Positions 15,644 to 41,680 are shown, counted from the stretch's first letter. The stretch: DNA of 64,000 nucleotides from Phoronis australis (GCA_002633005.1 NMRA01000019.1:49555-113554), one strand, 5' to 3'. Numbers and translations: made by a program. The notes: a model not told the origin generated them from the sequence alone.

Positions 15644-16430
15644 ATCATAACTGCCAGCCAGTAATTGGGACCAGACATATTATTATGGATGCTAATAAAT
15701 CTGAATTCTGCCAGAGTACAGAGTGCCTTCAGGGAAGGAGAAGCCAGCCAAGGAAAACACAGCGATACTGAGATCAATAGTCAAGCTGTACACATGTCCT
15801 CCCTTCCTAGCACTCTATATGATTAATACCAGGAGGTAGAATTATGTGTACATCAACTGCTGATGATATGGTGTTGGGGATAAGATCTGGTTAGATTGAA
15901 TCACAGACCACAAATTATACACACTGCACATTGCACAGCTCTATGCCCACACTTGTCAATAAGGTCCTGCAATCGAAACTTTGGCTTTGCTACGGTAACT
16001 ACAATTTTGGTTCACCAGTTTGACTGAAACTTAATTGAAATAATATGTTTATTAAGCATACAACAACACATGTTTAAACAACCAATAGCATTGTTGCAAT
16101 GTGACCAATTTCTATCTGAAACTTTGATTCAAGTTAACTTTCACACACACAAACTTTCAAACATTAACGCAAAAGCGGTATCTGGTGGTGTAGTATTATT
16201 TTGTAAGGATGTATTAGGGGCTGATAGACTGACTCCCTTCAAGTTTTGCTGATGTTCTATGGGTAAAAATTGACCTACCTGATTATTCGTATCTTGTTTT
16301 AGTTGCAGTTGTGTATCATTCTCCAAAAAGTTCAAGTAAACATTTGGAAATAATGAAAGCGGTATAAACTTCTTTACTTGCTGAGGTTGTCCTTACAGAA
16401 ACGCATGAAACTGTATACATGGGACACGAG

Positions 16431-16662
16431 GAGGCAGTGTGGCGTAGTGTGATAATGTGCCCGCCTTCTTTACTCGAGGTTGTGAGTTCGAGTCCCACCG
16501 GGCCACACTGCTAGACCCTTGAGTCAGGTTTCTAGCTCCTCAGCTCGGTTTTAACTATATATTAATAAAGCACAAAAATAGTTCCAGGTGATTAGTGCAA
16601 TAGACCCACATGCGTGGCCTGCGCACGTGTACCAGACCGCCTGCAATTAGTTTTTTATTTTT
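16431..16662 (+). mobile_element. tRNA-derived SINE with ~17-bp TSD
   Basis: A-box tggcgtagtgtg, B-box gttcgagtccc, T-rich tail; flanked by tatacatgggacacgag / tatacatggggcatgaag. Confidence 0.85.
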
Positions 16663-18578
16663 TATACATGGGGCATGAAGGTCATATGAAGGTCATACTG
16701 GATGGGCATGTTGTTAGAACATATTAGTTATCATTCACATGTTTACATACAGTAGCATTAAAAAAATATTGACAAATTTTGTTGAAATTCCTTAAGCTCA
16801 TTGTGAACTAAAGTAATGTAAAAAATCAAGAAGGAAATCAGATTAGTTAAAGGATAAGATGAAAATGTTTGCTCCAAAATTCCTTTGACTCACTCAGACG
16901 AGAAGATATCTATTAATTTGTTGTGGAATCTACTATCGTGTGGTGTTGTTCAATGCCACAAGACTGTTTTCCCATGGAAGTGTTTCACAAAGTCATCAGG
17001 CATTAACCTCAGATTTAGTCTTACTGAATGTTGTAATTTACATCTGTTGCTTAACATCATTAGTACTCATTAATAATTATTTACTACTCATGTACAAAAC
17101 ATTCAAAATTTGAATTTGTCTGGAATACTACAAACTAAGACACTTGAGGACATGTACTTTGACTGTCTCACAGGAACTGGGAAACTGTTAGATGGCTTTA
17201 GGGGTAGAAAAATAAACAAAATTAGCACAACTTACAAATATTATTTTAAGAAGCAGTTGATGATAACAGTCTGTCAGAATCAAGTGACTGCGAACAAGCT
17301 ATGATAGAAAGGCTATTTACACGACTTTATCAGCAACAGTTGTTCCTCATTTCTGAGAGAAAATGTACGTGGATGATGACTGGAATATCTTGATCGTGCT
17401 TCAAGTTATCCCAGTCAGGGCCAGAATTACAATAAAATCAAGATTTCTTGGATGAAATGACCACAATGGCCTCGTCAATGCACCATCTGTTACTGTTATT
17501 CATTACTACTAGATACACCAAATTGGTCCACACCTTGTGGGAAATAGCAGTGTTGATGAGTTTCATGACCAGGTAATGGGCTGCCAACTGGCAGAAAAAA
17601 CACTTGTGCATGGGTTTCAGTTTTATAAATTCAGATTTGTGATCATCATCCAATGCAATGGTCGAGCAATTTGCGTGCTTGATTGCAGAGTTCATAACTA
17701 TGCGCATAGCAACCACAGAGCAGCAAACTTCAGGTCAGTTAATATTATAGTAACAAGAGACAACTAAACTCTTTTAATCTTTTTGGCCAGGGCTGAAATT
17801 AAGTGCAGAGGGGCATATACTGCCTATATAGTGCCACCAATAGGACAACTAATTTGTGAAGCTACAAGTATAATCCTAATGATAATGACTCTTTTAAGGT
17901 TACAGATGTAAATGATAACAGACAAACCAATGGACAATTATGGTACATACAATGAGAGCAAACAGTAGTTGATGAACCGGAACTTCTTTTTCAAAAAAAG
18001 TTACTGTACTTATTGGCAAAAAACGGTTTAATTAAAATAAAAGGAAGAAGAAATGTGACCGACGAGGCATTTTTAGCTTATAAAGTGACATGGGGACGGA
18101 AGTGGAATTCCAAGTATATGCAACCATAACATCATTACTATATGTGCCTACTTTCCCTTTCAGAAATCGGTGTGAAAGAATGCAGTGGTTGGTGCCAAGA
18201 ACGTCACAACGCCAGGATTAAAACGGGTCTAGTATCATAGAGAAGCCAGACACTTTCTCACACCTTATTGAACTGAAGCCAGTGGAAATCTGCTCAACTC
18301 GAGCTTAAGTAATTTAACTGGATTACGACAACAGACTGAATTGACAGAAAGCTCAAATTAGACAAGTCGTAAACAAGAGGTCACTGGGTTTTGGACTGAT
18401 ACAAAGGAAGATTTTGTGCTCGTCTGCCTGGAGTACGTATTTTATCATTGACACAAACAGTATTCCTGTCTGTTGATGTTTTGCATCAACATTCTTGTTA
18501 CCTAGAACCACGCCAGGAACACCCGTAACCTGGTCATCTAAAAACAGATTGAAAACACATAGAATAGAAGAGTACATC

Positions 18579-19607
18579 ATGGATCCAAGGACAGGTGTAG
18601 CGTACAGCATTCTGCAGACAACAGTGCTCTCGCCTACATTGAAGCCTACTAGCGACTATGATTGGATAGAAACATGGGAGACAATAGTCTACTATGCGCT
18701 TCCCATCCTCCTCGGCTTGGCGCTAGTCCTGGGCGTGTTCAACATCATTGTGCTATCCAATCAGATGACTGTGTCGGTGGACAGCTACCTGATTGGCCTG
18801 TCATTGGCGAGCACATTGTTAGTTACATGCGCCGTGCTCACAAAGATGCCCGCCTACATTCAGTCACCCGACTCAGACGTGATCTTCACCCGCATGTATC
18901 CCATCGTGGTTGGCCTCTACGACTGGTTCAAGTACACCGTCGTCTGGGTGATCATAGTCATGGCACTGGAGCGCTGTATGAATGTGAGGCACCAGCGTAT
19001 CAAGCCACTCTGCTCCAAGCTGCAGGCTCTAATGACAATGGGCATGGTGTACCTCATCTGTCTCGTCTCCTCCCTGCCCCAGTTCTGGGCTAATCAAGTC
19101 ATCGAGGTGGTGAACAGGAGGACCAATCAGACGAAGATACTAGTTGAGAAGACGGAGAGCGCTTTGTCACCCGAGTACAACATCTACTATTGGTACACGC
19201 ACGTCCTCTATGTGATTCTTGCTTACCCCATGCTGATTGTGCTCTTCTGTATTCTGGTATGGCACTCGCGTCGTGCCGCCAGCAAGAAGTACTCCCTCAA
19301 GCATGGCACTGGTGTTGTTCTGTCTCGTAAGGTCTCACAAGAGATGAGCATCACCCGTCTACAGGTGGCGCTCATTGCTACTTATCTCTTGCTCACTGGA
19401 CCGTTGACCATCTACCAACTTCTACCCAGAATCCCAGTAGCAATGTCGCTGCCAGAAAAAACACTCAATGGAGCACTCGTCAGTATATTCGAGTGTACCT
19501 TTTACTTGTTCTTCATTCTGAAGTTCTTCCTTCTGATAATTTTCGACGGAAAATTTAGATTCACGCTCCGCAGCATTTGCTGCTGCTGCTGTCCCCGAAA
19601 AGAATGA
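18579..19607 (+). CDS. Intronless rhodopsin-like (class A) GPCR, FMRFamide-receptor/Srw-like chemoreceptor type, 342 aa
   Basis: Seven hydrophobic segments, GVFNIIVL (TM1), YLIGLSLAS (TM2), MALERC (DRY-equivalent), SSLPQFW (TM4), KFR helix 8, terminal CCCCC cluster. First ATG is 18579 (the ORF track starts at an upstream TTG). Splice acceptor cctttcag at 18162-18163 suggests a 5' UTR intron. Confidence 0.93.
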   Translation: MDPRTGVAYSILQTTVLSPTLKPTSDYDWIETWETIVYYALPILLGLALVLGVFNIIVLSNQMTVSVDSYLIGLSLASTLLVTCAVLTKMPAYIQSPDSDVIFTRMYPIVVGLYDWFKYTVVWVIIVMALERCMNVRHQRIKPLCSKLQALMTMGMVYLICLVSSLPQFWANQVIEVVNRRTNQTKILVEKTESALSPEYNIYYWYTHVLYVILAYPMLIVLFCILVWHSRRAASKKYSLKHGTGVVLSRKVSQEMSITRLQVALIATYLLLTGPLTIYQLLPRIPVAMSLPEKTLNGALVSIFECTFYLFFILKFFLLIIFDGKFRFTLRSICCCCCPRKE

Positions 19608-20192
19608 TAAATTTGTGCTGACTAAAGGATATTTATAAAACTATAATGGTATTCTGTTTACTATTGGCTGGAAACCACACAGATCAGGCCACCTATGGAA
19701 CAAGCAGCTGTCTATTTTTATTCCCTTGTGCACCAGCAAAACCTGTATCTAATGCCATGTGATTCAGCTGTGACACCCGGCACAGAACCAAAGCAGAGGC
19801 TTGTATCATACTTTAAAAACATTACATTGTTTGAAATGGGAGGCATTCAAAAAGCAGTGACAATAATATTGGTCTTGTTGGACCAGCCATCTGTTCCTGC
19901 CATACAGCATGTAGTGCGTGCACCGATATCTTCGAGATCCTGTGAACATTACTTTTTGTAGTACGTCGTGACATTATAGTAAAGCCACACTATCAGCAAC
20001 TGAAAGACACCATGGTTCCTTTAATAATCCACTTTAAATACGTTCAAGTGCAGGTGTCAATTATGAACCAACCCTTTGTAAAATGAGGGAAGCTGATAAA
20101 TTTATCAGTACGAAAACAAAGTTATTCAATTAGATGACATTAATGTTTAATATGTAGAGCAGCTAAAGTGGCAACATTCAACATTGCTGTTA

Positions 20193-20198
20193 AATAAA
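20193..20198 (+). terminator. Probable polyadenylation signal of the GPCR
   Basis: AATAAA followed by GT/T-rich tgtgttgttttt, ~590 bp after the stop codon. Confidence 0.5.
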
Positions 20199-22365
20199 TG
20201 TGTTGTTTTTATATATCAACATACGGTTTCACGTCTCAAGCGTTTCTATTGATTCCCACTGGTCACAATACTGAAGTGTCGTCCACTGTTGGGACTCTTA
20301 CAAGCTAATCACACTTGTCACAACGAATCTGGTAACAGGCCACTCATATTGCAACATGAGTGATTACACAAAATTATGAATTGGAGAATTCTCCAATGTT
20401 TTGTCTGCAAGGGCAATCGTACAAGATCCAATGGCAAATGTTGACAGTTGGTAATGTCTTGAGAAAAATGTCAGATCACTCACAGCTGGTACCACTGGGA
20501 GGGCAATGGTCTGGAAATGTTTTGACAAATCAGAAAAACTACCAGCATAACAGCCTGTAGGTGGCAAGGTAAACATTAACAGATACTAGGTAACCATTTC
20601 AGCAGTAACTTGTTCTTTGAAATGAAGTGGTGTACCAATTTTCAGACACAGTCAACTAAATGATTACAGAGAAATGCACCTCATTACTAAGTTGGGTAAC
20701 AGCCTACCATAAGCTAATACACCACAAGCACAGAAACTGTTCAGTTTATGTATAACCATGCCATCAGTTTTTTGCGGCAAATCAATTTACACAAATGATG
20801 GGTTCTTCCTATTAGCACGTAATCAGGTATAACAATAAAAAACGACCAATTTTTATTCAAAGTACATTTTAATTTACATCATTTCCTAATCATTATCTGC
20901 ATTTTTTGCTATTGATTTAACTAACATAACAGTATTTCCATGATTTGTTTTGCAGCGTGAAAATAAATCCATTAAGCATATTTCGGACAGCAGACTGTAA
21001 AAGCTGGTTTGTTAAAGTCGAGAAAAATCATTACAGTCGGAAATGTGAAAAATGTATGCCTTAAACCTGGTCTTCTCAAACATGAATACCACAACATTAA
21101 ACAGGCAGTGCAATGTAACACCTGATGGACAAGTCCAGGTGCCTTTCATTACCCTGGGACAAACACTGACCATTTCAAATGCTACACTGAATATCATGTG
21201 TCTTTGGAATGTTCATCAGCGTAATTATGAACCACTGAAAGGACATGGGTTAATGAGTGCACTATTAGTCCCAATTAATTCTTTCATAGCCAGTGCAAAT
21301 GAAATTTTGAGGAGACTTGGAAAACAGGGTGCAGTAATGTTGTAAAATTGTTATTCACTTGTTCACTGTAACGGAATATTCAGGATAAAATATCCACACA
21401 ACATCATTTTCTTTTTTAAAATCACATGATACATTAAGGCAGATATTCGAAAAATCACAAACTGTGTTCTGGTTGAAATGCAGTCACCTAGCTACATGCC
21501 TCGTGGGAAATTTCAAACTCAGATCTCAAATTAAAATTTTGAGTTAATAAAACATCGAGATTGCGCAGTCTAGAGGCCGTTGCATCAGTAGCAATCCCGG
21601 CAGGTAAAAAGATATAAACAGAAATGTCTTCAAAAATTGTGAAGAAACTCAAAAAACTTGACTTTGTTTGAGGATTTGTGATGTCTGATACTGTAAACTA
21701 TAGTTATCTCCCATGAAATTTAGAATTGACTAATAATAGTTTACCCAAAGCCATACAGATATAACACTAGGAACTATTGTTTTGTATTAATATAGTATAT
21801 TCTGCTCATGCATGAAGCAGAAAAAAGACAAAAATTACAGATAAGTGCAAAAATATTGCACCTCTATTATATGACAACAAAAATAAGGCAAAAATACCAA
21901 CATGCTTGCAATCTTGAAACAGAGACTCACGAAATTTTGCAAATCTGTAGAAAACAGGTTTTGTAAATGTCGTATTTGACATCGCTTAAATATGACATTG
22001 AAAACAAATGGTCTCTAGATTCACCGGCCATCGAGGATCTGATCAATGACATGTTAAGAACAATGAAAGACACCGAGTTACTGAAGAAACACAAGTTGTG
22101 TGTAAATTTCATCTGACAAGAAAAATGCTGACAATGCCACGAGAACAAGAATGACATATGGACCCACTTATGTCACTACATATGAGCTAGTTTTCAGTAA
22201 CTGCACTTTCTCAGAACAAGCATGGCTTACTACAACCAGGACAAGAAGAAAACTGAGAAAACATTTAGTTAATAACCATACGCAAACACCCAACCTTCTC
22301 CAAAGAAGGTAAAATGTCAATCCCTAGGTGCTGCTATCTGTTGGCAGTTACAAAAACAAACGTAC

Positions 22366-35382
<13,017 letters not shown>

Positions 35383-35429
35383 AATTGAGCAAAGTATTAA
35401 ATCCAGTGCAAAAAGTCAAAACCTTTCAA

Positions 35430-35460
35430 AAATCCGCCATATTTGTTTGATCACGTGACA
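35430..35460 (-). promoter_or_regulatory. Probable DNAAF9 proximal promoter: YY1-like ATGGCGG and palindromic E-box TCACGTGA
   Basis: ccgccat (35434-35440) and tcacgtga (35451-35458) lie 50-75 bp upstream of the ATG, where CpGs become more frequent. Motif match only. Confidence 0.4.
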
Positions 35461-37526
35461 AACTACTATCGCACCCTCTCCCGGCAGCAAATTCCTTTTG
35501 AGTGTGGTCACTGACAGACCGTAGTGTATCGTCTTTGGTGTCGTCAGTGTTGGCCATTATCAAACCCGACCTAAATATTTTTCTGTTTCATGTGTAGGTT
35601 TGTCTTTATTTCATTTGGAGGAGTAATTCTTGAGAGCATATTTTTACATTGTTTTTTGACACCGTTGTCGCATTATTATTGTTGACTTCGCATCTAACGG
35701 ATTAGACAACTAAAATCAATTGAAAGTCTGAATGATGACGTAGGAAACATCTCTGTAAATATACACGTACTGCATGCTGTAGCCAGGGCTGATAATGAGC
35801 TCAAATACCGGTAATTTCCATTTTCCCTTACTGTCAATAAATGCACTAGTTTCCTGCAAACACCGGGTTTGATCTCCACAGACCCATTAAATTTCAAGTT
35901 TTTAATAGGTTCGAGTCCAGATTTGTAAAATTCATTGTTTCATTTTGTAACTCTCATATCACATTTCCAACCATTTTGTTTCCAAAATAGTAAACCAACA
36001 AAAGAGAGCTGATAAAATGAAGAAATTTTAAGAAATACGGGATTTTTAACTTGTTATTTCAGTTACGTGTCCTGCATTGGGGTCACGTCATTGTTTGCAA
36101 TTAGTCAGTTTCCACTCAGCAGACGACCCCAGAATACATCTGTAAGATTTTTATTCACTCTGTCCGACATTCTTATTCTCCCTTGAACAAGTCTTCTTCG
36201 AACAATGAGGATGGCGTGATCATTTCTTCCTAAATTTCATGACGCGACCGGACATTGAAAATGAGGAACTATACTGATAAATCTTAGGTCAACTGAGCAA
36301 AGCGCATTTCACGAAGCATGTCGCTACAAGACAAGGCTACAAGTGGTATGTATTCATTGTTATTGCTGTGATTACTTGTGGGTCGTACTTCGACAGTAAA
36401 TACGTCAAATAGTTACGAAATTAGTGCAAGCGCATTGGAAGAGTATTGGGTCCGTCATTTTCATTAAACAGATATGCAATTCTGCACAATTCATAAAGCT
36501 GCTTTTCGTTCTGTTTTTAGGGGTAAAAAACGAAATAGAATCAAGGTCTTTCCGGGTCTCAAAATAAGGTCTCCTAATATTCCTTACCATTAAGGAATCT
36601 ATTTCCGTTACCAGCAAGATCTTCCAAATTTGTGACTCAATAAAACTCTTCAGAGTTTGTTGGGGTTGGCAAAGGTATAAAAACTGGCTATTGCGCAATC
36701 ATTCGAAAATGGCGCATACACGCATTACCAATGATTTGAGTTGCCGGCCCATTCAGCAATTCAGTGAAGGGTAATGTTTTTAAACCCATAACGTATCTGT
36801 TAAGGATTCAACACTGACAGCTAAATAGTGACGAACTGCAGCTTTAAACAAAGCCACAAAACCCGGGTTCCGTCGAAAACGTAACTTTTAGAAAAATTAC
36901 CGCTATAAAATTAGATTGGCTCAACTTATTCATATAATAAGTTATTCTGACATTTAGTTAATCTCTGAGACCGTGTTCAACCCATAAAATGACACGCTCT
37001 AACAGACAAGCTGAGCACTGAATCAAGGGTATGCCAGTTCCGTTTGAAGCCCTAACCTGACTAAGCAACAATTTAAGACCGATCATGGTAAGTGGTTTTA
37101 AATTGCTTAGTGTAGTGGAAGGCGGGTTTAGCCCCATATCACTTTAAAACAAGTGTTACAACTTCAACACTAAATATTTTTGCAACGCTTTTTAATTCGT
37201 CTTAGTGTTTGTGAAAAAATTAATATTCGTTTCGGCTCAAAATGAAATAACTTTTTAAGACAGACTTTAGAATCACCAATCTACGTTGAAGGATATTCTA
37301 AATTAAGCTTTGCAAAGTTTCGACTAAAGCAGTTTCCCTCCGATGGCTGTTCAGAAATTTATCACATAAATCAGTCAAGATAAACATTGAGACGACATTC
37401 AAGTAAACACCGTTTTGGTGTCAGATAAATTGCTCAAAAACTATATTGTTGTTTCCGGAGACTTGTATGCATATTTCTGTGCGTAACAATCAGGCTTGGT
37501 CCATTGGTGTAAACGCGGGGCATATC

Positions 37527-38985
37527 GTGGGCCGTTCGGAGGAAAGTGTCGCCCGTAAGTACGTGTTTTACAACCGTAATCGTAATATATCCAATGAAAA
37601 ATTGGTTTGTAGGTCACATGTACTCTTATCGTGGGCCGTTTGGGAGAAGCTGTCACCGGCATGTACGACTGAGTCTTCGCTCGCGTTTTGCGACCGTAAT
37701 AGTTCGGCCGTATTTCGCAAGTGTTTTATGACCGCAATCGTTACGCCCAATTATATGTCGGTCAGACATGAGCTGAGAAGAGGATGTAGGCTGGTAATTG
37801 TACGCTCGTATTTTGCGCTCATAATTTTACGCTCGTAATACACTCGAAATTTTAGCAAGACGTCCAGCCCACGAGACCACCAGCTGATATTGTTTTGTGG
37901 TGCAAATGGTTTGTTATTCAAATGTCTTGAATAAAGAATAAATGATTCACCATGAAATTTATAACTTCTACTGCATAACCCGCCTCCCCCCAGAAAACCG
38001 CTTTGAACCTAATGCCATATATCGCTTGCAAGCAGCTAAGAGTAAGAAAACGAAACTTAGTCTAAATCTTGGAGAAACATAGTAATTTTAACAAATAAAA
38101 TAAAAACATTGTCAGACAACCTGCTAGATATACATTTTGGCACCTCAATATGTACTGTGTGTGGAAACGGAACGTTTTCAAATGCCTGGGACGGCTAGGA
38201 CAGCAAGTAAAAATCTACCAGTCTGCTATATATTTCAATCTTTTGCACTGGTATACTTTGCACCTGAGATTTTATTACTTCTTAGCACTTCATAGCAAGC
38301 GCAAAAACACGAGCGTAACATTACGAATATAACATTACGAAACAATGTAAAATTTAGAGCGAAAAGTAAGAGCATAAAATCATGAGGCACAACTGCTTCA
38401 GAGCGTTCCAAACGCCGTAACTCCATTCAAGAGTCTATGAACTGCAAGCCGTTACATGCTTGTAAATCACTGTAATATAATACTACAATACTTTATAAAC
38501 TGTAACACTCTTCAACAAGCCCACAATGAGACGGCTTTTTCTTTGAGCAACGAGAACAAGTGTGAAGTCGCGATACCTGAGATATCTGGGATAGCTGTAT
38601 TTTCATCTGAGGCGGCAATTTTGTAAATTCGGCGCGAAATACTGATTGCCTCTAGTCTCGAAGTTAAATATAAGCGAAAATCTTGGCAACAAGAGTTAAC
38701 ATCGACTTGATCCTGGAGCGCACTGTAACAAGCATGTATGACTCGTTGAAGAGTGTTACGGTGTATAATGTACTGTAGTAATATATTACAGTGATGTAAA
38801 GGCATGTAACGGCTTGCATTTAATAGACTCTTGAATGGAGTTACGGCGTTTGGAAGGGGTGTCAGAGCTCACTTGATCTACAGACCACTTATTGGATGTA
38901 TCGATTACGGTCGTAAAACACGAGCGAACTCTCAGTCGTAACGAGCCAAATTACGGGCGACATTTTCACCCGTGCGGCCCACTGG
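37527..38985. mobile_element. Older element with ~100-bp inverted subterminal repeats
   Basis: gtgggccg..tgtcgcccgtaa..gtgttttac.accgtaatcg..atccaat (37527 onward, repeated at 37631) is inverted at ~38880-38985. Confidence 0.6.
38406..38855. mobile_element. MITE with ~110-bp TIRs, nested in an older inverted-repeat element
   Basis: ttccaaacgccgtaactccattcaagagtcta..taacactcttcaac versus its reverse complement at 38746-38855. Confidence 0.85.
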
Positions 38986-40134
38986 GGTTTGCAGCTAGTC
39001 AAAACAAACATTTGTGGTTTGGCTGGATTTATTGGAAAATCCCTTAGCGGAAGATGAAAGGATATGTCACACCGCTGCAGTGAGCGGAGGGTGACTATTT
39101 CATTAGAGCATGCCCGTAGCCACGGACGCATTCAGGCAGTTCCGGTAACTACCAACCTTTTGAAATCCACCCACCTTTCGTCAACGAACCTACGTTTTTG
39201 TGATTTCACTCACGCTGTTATTACACTTCTCCTGGGATCCGTTTCATGAAAGTGACTTAAGCCATATGACAGAAGTTCAGTTTTAAACGTTCACTGCACA
39301 ATTATCGAGCATGTAATTATTAGCACGCGTTACTGGCTCGAAATTATTTGTACAGATTTTCTCCGTAAATAGCAATTCTTTGCATAATCCCCTTTACTTT
39401 GTACTTTTGCAAGAGTAAGTTTTAATTATTTTTTCAGAAATAGATATGTGGAGAGTAACAAAAGTTTTCAGGAAACAAATCTCTCACTGGTAGATCTCGA
39501 CCTAGGGTAGATTGAAGTATTGTTCAGCTTGACTTCCTCGTCCACACTTCCGGCTTAATTGTCGATTAACTCGCCCAAATTATAATTAACGCTTTTTCAA
39601 TTTAGATGATTCTTTGTTACGACCTTACAAACTTACTCCACACGTTTGGGCGTTGACGAGGGGAACAAAGTGAATTTTTTTTCAAAGAGTATATGACGTC
39701 AAAAAGCGTTGCTGCATGCAAAACTGAATCGGATCTATTTATTTGGCAATTGCTGAAAGCAGATTTTACAGTGATATAGTTAAAATGTTTGATAGTTTAA
39801 GCAAAAAACTAGACTCCATTTATTCTCATACAAATTCAAAAGTTGCAACCGTCAAGGGTAGGCTACTTACGATTCCACTACTGCAAACAAAATTCCTCTC
39901 AGGTATGTGTTTCTTGCTCGTGATCTTAGCAAATAAAGAAAATTCACAATTCACAACTTATTACCCTCATTCGAATTGTGGTGTTCAGGGTCTGTTGCAT
40001 ATAAATCGCATTCCTCTATATTGTTCATTTGCAGTATTTAAAATTTTTATATTTATCAAATTACAATAGGAAAACGTGCTTTCAAGTTTTGTCTTTTTTG
40101 AACATTTAAGCATGGACGACGTTTCACATTTCAG

Positions 40135-41254
40135 AAGCAACACAGCCAGTTCTGAAATAACCATGAAGACCGTGACATCACCAGGGAATACAGCGTCATC
40201 AACATGGAGGTCGTATATTTTACTAAAATTCTAAACTCGAAATATTTATTGATGGATAATTATTTGATTTTTTCTGTTGGAAAACTTATGGAGAAAGTAA
40301 CTCCAAACATTCCAAAACCGCGTGTTGTAGCTAACGGCTAATCATAGCAGGCCTATGGCCGTATCTTTTATTCACTACAATAACCTAGTGGTGTCGATAG
40401 CTCCACTGTGTTATTTCAAACAAATCCATATTTTTCGGAGTTAACGACACTATCTTGAATCATAACCAGCTTGAGCGGATGAAATAGGAACGTGTTTAAC
40501 ACTGAAAATGAGGCTATATGACATTCTGTTTTATTTCCAATTTTTCCTCGTGGTGGGTCCCTATAGCGTCAGCATAGGCGTAACAATGATTTGCGCATTT
40601 CAGGAAAAGTTCTGCACTCTACACCGTGACGTCGTCTCTAACAGAGAACAACACACCACCAGGAACTGAGGACATGATTACCGAGTGAGAAGTAAACAAA
40701 TTGAAATTTTGAGTTGGAGTATTTAGGCACTGAGGCGTGATACATTAAAACAGACTGAATCGTTGGCAATAGTACCGGACAGGCGTGTTTTAGAAATTTT
40801 GATTACTTTTTACTTATTGTCGAAAATAGATCCTAGCGGTAAACATTTGTCACTGCGAGATTCTCATTTTCTAAATAGTCTGTTATTTAACGATAACAAG
40901 GATGTTCCTCAAACATCTGGACGAAAAGAGACAGCGAGTAAACCATTAGTACGTTTCCTTTTACAAACATCCTGACAGTATGATAGTTCACAATGAATCA
41001 CAACATTTTCTTAAAGATTATCAGCACGTATTGCGTTTCCGTCAGCTCGTTACCTCGGTACTGTAATTTAACAAAATTGTAACATTAGATCTCGGGGGTT
41101 CTCTCCTACAAACTGGATCGAGGTGTGCAAGTGAGTTTAGATTAAGACCTCAAATACAGTTCAGACCGACGCGGTACTTTGGAAGATGAAAAATTCCGCA
41201 GTTCCGAGCCTACAATTAATACTAACACATATGATGAATGATGAGGAATACTTG
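40135..41254 (+). pseudogene. Receptor A stalk exons 40135-40209, 40604-40684 and 41160-41254; the last has in-frame TGA-TGA
   Basis: Ser/Thr-rich peptides (SNTASSEITMKTVTSPGNTASST; KSSALYTVTSSLTENNTPPG) with phases 2-2, 2-2 and 2-1, mirroring receptor B; stops at 41239-41244. Confidence 0.55.
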
Positions 41255-41454
41255 GTAAGCTTTCATAGTGCGCAATGTTTTCCACTCCATTCTTAGCCAC
41301 AAATTGCGTCCTCCAGATAGCAAAAATTTTACAGTATACATAACATGTATTAGACAGTGTGTCTCAAACCGAACACTATAAAAACTCCAAGACAACCATA
41401 AAAAAGAAAATAGTCGCCGCCAGCAATACTCGAGGCCTAAAATACATAATGTTT

Positions 41455-41680
41455 CATGCGCGCACCCACCCTAAAATATAGGGGGCTCGAATTTTTGACA
41501 AAGTGGACCTTTTTACAAACAAAAACAACGGGGGACTAAAAAAAACCAGGGTACCACGTCTAGAGCTATGAATTGTGGACTTTTATCTCGTTTCTCTCAG
41601 AGGGGGACCTTTTTGCTCACTTCGCCAAATGGGGGGGGGGGCTCGTTCGAGCCCTCCAAGCCCCCCTGGGTGCGCGCATG
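41455..41680 (+). mobile_element. CATGCGCGCACCCA-TIR MITE, copy 1 (5-bp TSD TGTTT)
   Basis: TIR catgcgcgcaccca/tgggtgcgcgcatg; tgttt on both sides. Confidence 0.88.

Noticed and set aside
16433-16505. tRNA gene
   Set aside because: Has A and B boxes but no proper cloverleaf; followed by SINE body, tail and TSD.
18662-19093. 143-aa overlapping ORF within the GPCR
   Set aside because: Alternative frame of a GC-rich coding region; no independent evidence.
10502-20554. Candidate further DNAAF9 exons (19-bp DVDVDVR at 10502-10520; ~11513-11588; ~20484-20554)
   Set aside because: Splice-like signals are present but there is no recognisable similarity to the expected downstream DNAAF9 sequence.
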